NCBI GenBank assembly: GCA_963735035.1
Contig: CAVTJJ010000004.1
Coordinates: 1,184,001-1,248,000 of the forward strand
Length of the DNA stretch: 64,000 bases
Direction: 5' to 3'
Source of the DNA: an uncultured candidate division Zixibacteria bacterium
GTDB taxonomy: Bacteria > Zixibacteria > MSB-5A5 > GN15 > FEB-12
The first letter of the stretch is position 1. Every line of letters begins with the position of its first letter. A model generated the notes under the pieces. That model was not told where the DNA came from, did not search any database, and saw nothing but the letters and a program-made list of their open reading frames with translations. Of this stretch, positions 60,401 to 64,000 are shown one piece after another. Position numbers and translations under genes: made by a program.

Positions 60401-63400
60401 ACGTAACCGAACCGATTACGGGCAGTCTCGAAATTATCGCGACCGGCGAATGCAACACCGATACTTGCTCCGTCCCATTGAACCTGATCCCAGTCGAGTC
60501 GCCGCAGTTGACCTGCCCGGCGAATCTCGACACTCTAATGTGCGGTCCGGGTACGCTGGTATTCGACGTACCACTATTGAGCGCGGCCGGTCCTGGTGAA
60601 ATGGTCGTGGCTACCGCTCCGGCGACAGTCGAAATAATCGGCCGCACCGCGAAAGTAAGCGTGCCAGTTACGTCGCCGGGTGAGCAGATCATTACCCTGA
60701 CTTATGACAATCCTCCGTGCCAGCCGTATACGTGCAGCTTTACAATCAATGCTCGTTTCAATTCAGCACCTATTCTGGCGATTGAAAACATCTCCATCGA
60801 GAGCTGCAGCCTGAGCCAAATATGTGTTCCGTTCGCGTATTCGGATGTGGAGAATAACATTACGAGTATCTGGAGCGAAACCGGTCCGGTGAGTTGGTCC
60901 GGAGGTACTGGCGAACTTTGTTTCACGCCAGCTACTTTTGGCGTACATCAACTGGTACTCACGGCCGTAGATACTTGCGGTGCGCAGTTTGCAGCTCCGT
61001 TCACAGTGACAATCAACGAGCTCCCCAAAGTTACCATCCAATGCCCCGAGCTTCTTACGCCGCTTACGTATTGCGGACTGGGCGAGCATTGTATCGATCT
61101 GGCAATCGACGGTAACCCAACCAGTGTCACATCTAATTACGGGACCTGGTCGAATGGCAAGCTCTGCTTCAGCTTCGACAAGACCGGCCGCTATGATGTC
61201 CAGGTCATCGCCACAGGACCCTGTGACGCGGATACCTGCACTATCCCGGTAGTGATCAATGCTCCGGCTGAGGTTACTTGCAGCGTCCCCGACACCAGCG
61301 TTATCATGTGTCAGGAAATACCCACGACCGTCAGTGTCCCGGTAATTATCACCGGCGACAACCTGCAGTACCGCGTCTATCCGGAGAGTTATACCTACGC
61401 TGATGGCGTCGTGAACGTGACCTTCTCGCAGGTCGGCACGTACCCGGTCAGCGTGGTAGCGTGGAACGATTGCAGCCGCGACAGTTGTGAGTTCGTTGTG
61501 AACGCTACGCTCAATGCGGCGCCAGTGCTCGTCCTAGGTGAAGATTTCCAGGTGACGCAGTGCGGTTTGCAGGAAATTTGTGTGCCGTTCACGGTGTCTG
61601 ATCCTAACGGTGATTTAATGGAATTGCGGGCATCGCTCGGTGTCATCAACGGCAATACGGTTTGCTTTACGCCCAAAGATTACGGCGAATACGATATTAC
61701 TCTTACGGCGATAGATCGCTGTGACGCCTCTGTAAGCGACGTCATCAAAGTAACGGTGGTCGAGGGCACGTCCGTGACTCTGACCTGCCCCAGCGAGCCG
61801 ATCTCGAGCAACATTGATCTGCCGGGGACGGTGCGAGTGCCGATTGGTGTCGTACCCGCCGGAGTCCCAGTGACTATCAGTCCTGCCGGTTATTACGACG
61901 CTGCTACGGGTGAAGCGGTTGTTCCGATTGAAACCGAAGGCACGCACCAGTTCACGGTGACCGCCCAGGCCGACTGCAACGCCGATACCTGCGGCTTTAC
62001 TCTTCAGATAGGGCAGTATGTACCTCCGATGGTAGAATGCGTCGGAGCGGTCGACACGCTGCTTTGCCTGTCGCGCCCAACTGACGTTTGTATACCGGTG
62101 AGCGTTCATGGCACCGGGGTGCAAGTGGAAGTCACTCCGCCGGCTGTGTTTACCGGCACCGCGGTATGTATGAACGTCACGGCGCCGGGCACTTACGTAA
62201 TTGACATTGTAGCCCGAACCGATCGCGACAGTGCGAAGTGCCAGACCGTACTGACAGTAACTGGCGGTCAGCCGCCCGTGTTGCGTATGCCGGAAGCCCT
62301 CAACTATAAACTTTGTGCGGCCGGTGATATTTGTTTCGACGTCGTCATGCAGGATGCCGAGTTCGACATTACCAATATCAATCTTAATTACGGCACATAC
62401 GACGCAGCCAGGGGGACGATTTGTTTCGCCGCCGATACGGCCGGAACATACGTCATCAACATGACCGTCGCTGATTCCTGCGGCAATTCTACCAGCGGAA
62501 GTACCCATGTTACGGTGGCTTTCAACGCTCCGCCGCAAGTCGATCTGGGCGACGATGCGAAAGTATTCGGCTGTGTTCTGTCAGAGGTGTGTGTTGACGC
62601 GGGGATCGTGACCGACGATCAGGTGACGGTGACGACCAGCCTGGGCACTTACAACCCGGCCACGGGGAAGGTCTGCTTCCTGCCGACCGCTCCCGGTAAT
62701 TATGAAATTATTATCGAAGCCACCGACGAGTGCGGGCACAAGGCCGCGGATACGTTGGTTATCACTGTCGATGCCAATGATCCGCCGGCTATTGCTCCGA
62801 TGCGCGACACGACCATCTATCTCTGCTATCCGCAGGAGATTTGTATTGACGCTCCGGTGACTGATCCGGACGGCAATGTGGCGAGCATAACGCCTTCACG
62901 CGGTCGCTATGTGGACGGTCGGGTATGCTTCATCCCGTACGGCCAGGGCGACTACCAGGTCATCCTGACGGCCGTCGATCAGTGCGGCGCCACCGTGAAG
63001 GATACCGCGATTGTAACGGTCAAGACCGACCAGAACATAACGATCACGTGTCCGGGCGATACCACGGTCTTCCTCTGTCAACCGGACACTCTTTGCTTCC
63101 CGATCAGTGGCGTTCCCGACGGAGCCGCCGTCAAAGTAAAGGGCATCGGCGCCTGGTGGGATGCCGAGACGAAATCGGTCTGTTTCTATTCCGACTGCTG
63201 CCTTGAGAACACGCTCACAGTTTCTGCCACGACCGCTTGTGGCACTTACTCGTGCAGCTTCACGGTCAGCGTACAGACCAACAGCCGCCCGCTGGTGCTT
63301 CTCCCGCGCGACACGACTATCATGCAGTGCCAGCTTGCGAGTATCTGCCTGCCGGTAGGCATCAGTGATATCGACGGCAACATCCGCAACGTAACAGTTG

Positions 63401-64000
63401 TCGGCGGTACCTATGACGCCTATTCACGCACGGTCTGCGTTACGCCGACTACCTCTGGCGCGTACAATCTTAGCGTGACCGTGACTGATTCTTGCGGAGC
63501 GGTTGGCACCGATCAGATTATTATAAACGTGGTGGTTAATCAGCCACCGGTTATCGTCTATACGCCGGATGTTACGGTACACAAGCAATGCGAGCCGGAA
63601 ACGATCTGTCTGCCGATCGGTATTTCCGATCCTGACGGCAATCTCTCAGGGGTAAACGTCACCGGCGGCACCTATAACGCCCAGGCCGGAACGATCTGCA
63701 TCCTTCCGACCGGAGTCGGTACTTTCTGCGCCCAGGTCACCGCTACCGATAAATGTGGTCTGACGGCACAGCAGGAAGTTTGTGTCACCGTGGCCGAAGG
63801 CGATTTTGTGGACATTCAGTGTCCGCAGGGACCGATTGCGCCGATAGTGCTTTGCTCGGCCCAGACGGTGTGCGTCGACCTCCCGATAACCGGTACGAAT
63901 TTCACGATCCATCCCGCGGTCGGTACCTGGAGCGAAGGCCGGCTTTGCTTTGCCGCGGATTCATCCGGTACTTACAATATAAGAGTGGTGGCGTTGGCTC
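57493..64000 (+). CDS. Giant secreted Cys-rich Ig/cadherin-like repeat protein (>2169 aa, runs off the window; absent from the ORF track)
   Basis: GGAGG RBS then ATG at 57493; signal peptide MTRRGLLLCLLTTLILLTVPNTSLFA-Q. No ORF in the track closes in this frame, and the last line still reads SSGTYNIRVVALA. Repeats of about 80-90 aa follow DT...LC....IC...D.DG...CF.P...G.Y...A.D.CG...N.PP. Confidence 0.92.
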   Translation, partial: MTRRGLLLCLLTTLILLTVPNTSLFAQTGSYDPDWAPTITLPNDTSVVWCQANSICYQISGSDPDASDSIWMSLVSGPINFTPVLFGNQFTTTVCFQPEGSGVYAFIWRFVDRQNHVVIDTVTYTVELGAPPVINDQQFTAELCDLHAPRVLPLSYSSPGRAVAFELLSGPGTIDPLTGVITYQPDTSGVFAFNVAIQSDCGGDTALITDHLTLNMPPHCIGFDTTIYLCNVEKICYDVFASDPEGDPIQITMPEGAGTFVQLSDTSGQTCFTPRNLDSARYYFIFRAADSCVLHAGGQAGEPYCCVDTVVIDVVITQPGQIACPTDSTFKLCVPPETMPASICLPGFSSTWKNSALSFGTLKGDTLCFEADTLGTYTIRYVGSDTCGHADTCETKVKVEGNHVPYVTMAQDYSISLCTSEAICFAASADDLDFDLEGVSVNYGQFTQSSGTICFDVDTSGVYQIIMRAWDKCGADAVDTTLVTVLRHDPPTISLGEDRAIDLCEQQEICLDATVTGADEVKFFSTSSGAYYNQETGKVCFTPTQSGRYEVFLQALDNCERVVADTVVLNVTVGHAPTISSFPDSTIYLCYPREICLDLNIADQDNDIVSVKVNRGKYTNNQFCFIPYGEGDYPLIVTVTDNCGHIVIDTAHVTVKTDQGIKLVTPGDTTIFLCQPDTICFPIGGVPDGAKVTVKGIATFWDDATKSICFYSDCCLENKLTVSVTTDCGTYSKSFTVDVQTNSKPLVVLPKDTTIFQCQPATICLPVGMSDIDGNIASVSVTSGRYDAYDRTICLDQLQEGANTIGVTVTDSCGATSTDQIVVTLDMNDAPWVNSTLQDTVFRQCEFTEILVPIEYGDPNGPNVTITFDAGTKVAIDLNSGRRTGVYYLPTKYGDQCFHIFATDSCGLADTATVCISVVKPEPVVITCPEVINNTQCGPGSVCVDVPITGAFQTVTTNYGTWSNGKWCIDVTEPITGSLEIIATGECNTDTCSVPLNLIPVESPQLTCPANLDTLMCGPGTLVFDVPLLSAAGPGEMVVATAPATVEIIGRTAKVSVPVTSPGEQIITLTYDNPPCQPYTCSFTINARFNSAPILAIENISIESCSLSQICVPFAYSDVENNITSIWSETGPVSWSGGTGELCFTPATFGVHQLVLTAVDTCGAQFAAPFTVTINELPKVTIQCPELLTPLTYCGLGEHCIDLAIDGNPTSVTSNYGTWSNGKLCFSFDKTGRYDVQVIATGPCDADTCTIPVVINAPAEVTCSVPDTSVIMCQEIPTTVSVPVIITGDNLQYRVYPESYTYADGVVNVTFSQVGTYPVSVVAWNDCSRDSCEFVVNATLNAAPVLVLGEDFQVTQCGLQEICVPFTVSDPNGDLMELRASLGVINGNTVCFTPKDYGEYDITLTAIDRCDASVSDVIKVTVVEGTSVTLTCPSEPISSNIDLPGTVRVPIGVVPAGVPVTISPAGYYDAATGEAVVPIETEGTHQFTVTAQADCNADTCGFTLQIGQYVPPMVECVGAVDTLLCLSRPTDVCIPVSVHGTGVQVEVTPPAVFTGTAVCMNVTAPGTYVIDIVARTDRDSAKCQTVLTVTGGQPPVLRMPEALNYKLCAAGDICFDVVMQDAEFDITNINLNYGTYDAARGTICFAADTAGTYVINMTVADSCGNSTSGSTHVTVAFNAPPQVDLGDDAKVFGCVLSEVCVDAGIVTDDQVTVTTSLGTYNPATGKVCFLPTAPGNYEIIIEATDECGHKAADTLVITVDANDPPAIAPMRDTTIYLCYPQEICIDAPVTDPDGNVASITPSRGRYVDGRVCFIPYGQGDYQVILTAVDQCGATVKDTAIVTVKTDQNITITCPGDTTVFLCQPDTLCFPISGVPDGAAVKVKGIGAWWDAETKSVCFYSDCCLENTLTVSATTACGTYSCSFTVSVQTNSRPLVLLPRDTTIMQCQLASICLPVGISDIDGNIRNVTVVGGTYDAYSRTVCVTPTTSGAYNLSVTVTDSCGAVGTDQIIINVVVNQPPVIVYTPDVTVHKQCEPETICLPIGISDPDGNLSGVNVTGGTYNAQAGTICILPTGVGTFCAQVTATDKCGLTAQQEVCVTVAEGDFVDIQCPQGPIAPIVLCSAQTVCVDLPITGTNFTIHPAVGTWSEGRLCFAADSSGTYNIRVVALA

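Overview
A GC-rich chromosomal window from a diderm bacterium (LpxD, BamA, Tol-Pal). The T9SS/FlgD-like C-terminal tail and the abundant D-S/T motifs in exported proteins suggest an FCB-superphylum organism such as Zixibacteria; this is inference only. Most of the window is housekeeping: rdgB, murI, an amidase, smpB, ligA, the tol-pal cluster, ppdK with an ADP-forming acyl-CoA synthetase, gltX, nadA, lgt, rsmI, nadE, ssb, rplU-bamA-skp-lpxD and uvrB. Three things stand out. (1) A ~15.7 kb uncharacterised locus (15120-30870). A GlmL-like ASKHA (actin-fold) ATPase, a membrane-anchored exported protein and a barrel-sandwich/KOW protein are transcribed divergently from a 12-gene operon made of three tandem paralogous 4-gene membrane modules (A: FN3 + DUF6754-like; B; C; D). 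A and C look like distant homologues with opposite membrane orientation, and no B12 mutase is present in the window. This is the best candidate for an undescribed energised membrane complex. (2) A giant (>2169 aa) Cys-rich Ig/cadherin-like repeat protein starting at 57493. The ORF track missed it because it runs off the window end. (3) A dense mosaic of several REP/REPIN-like palindrome families in the intergenic spaces of the first 15 kb. No tRNA, rRNA, CRISPR array or transposase was recognised.
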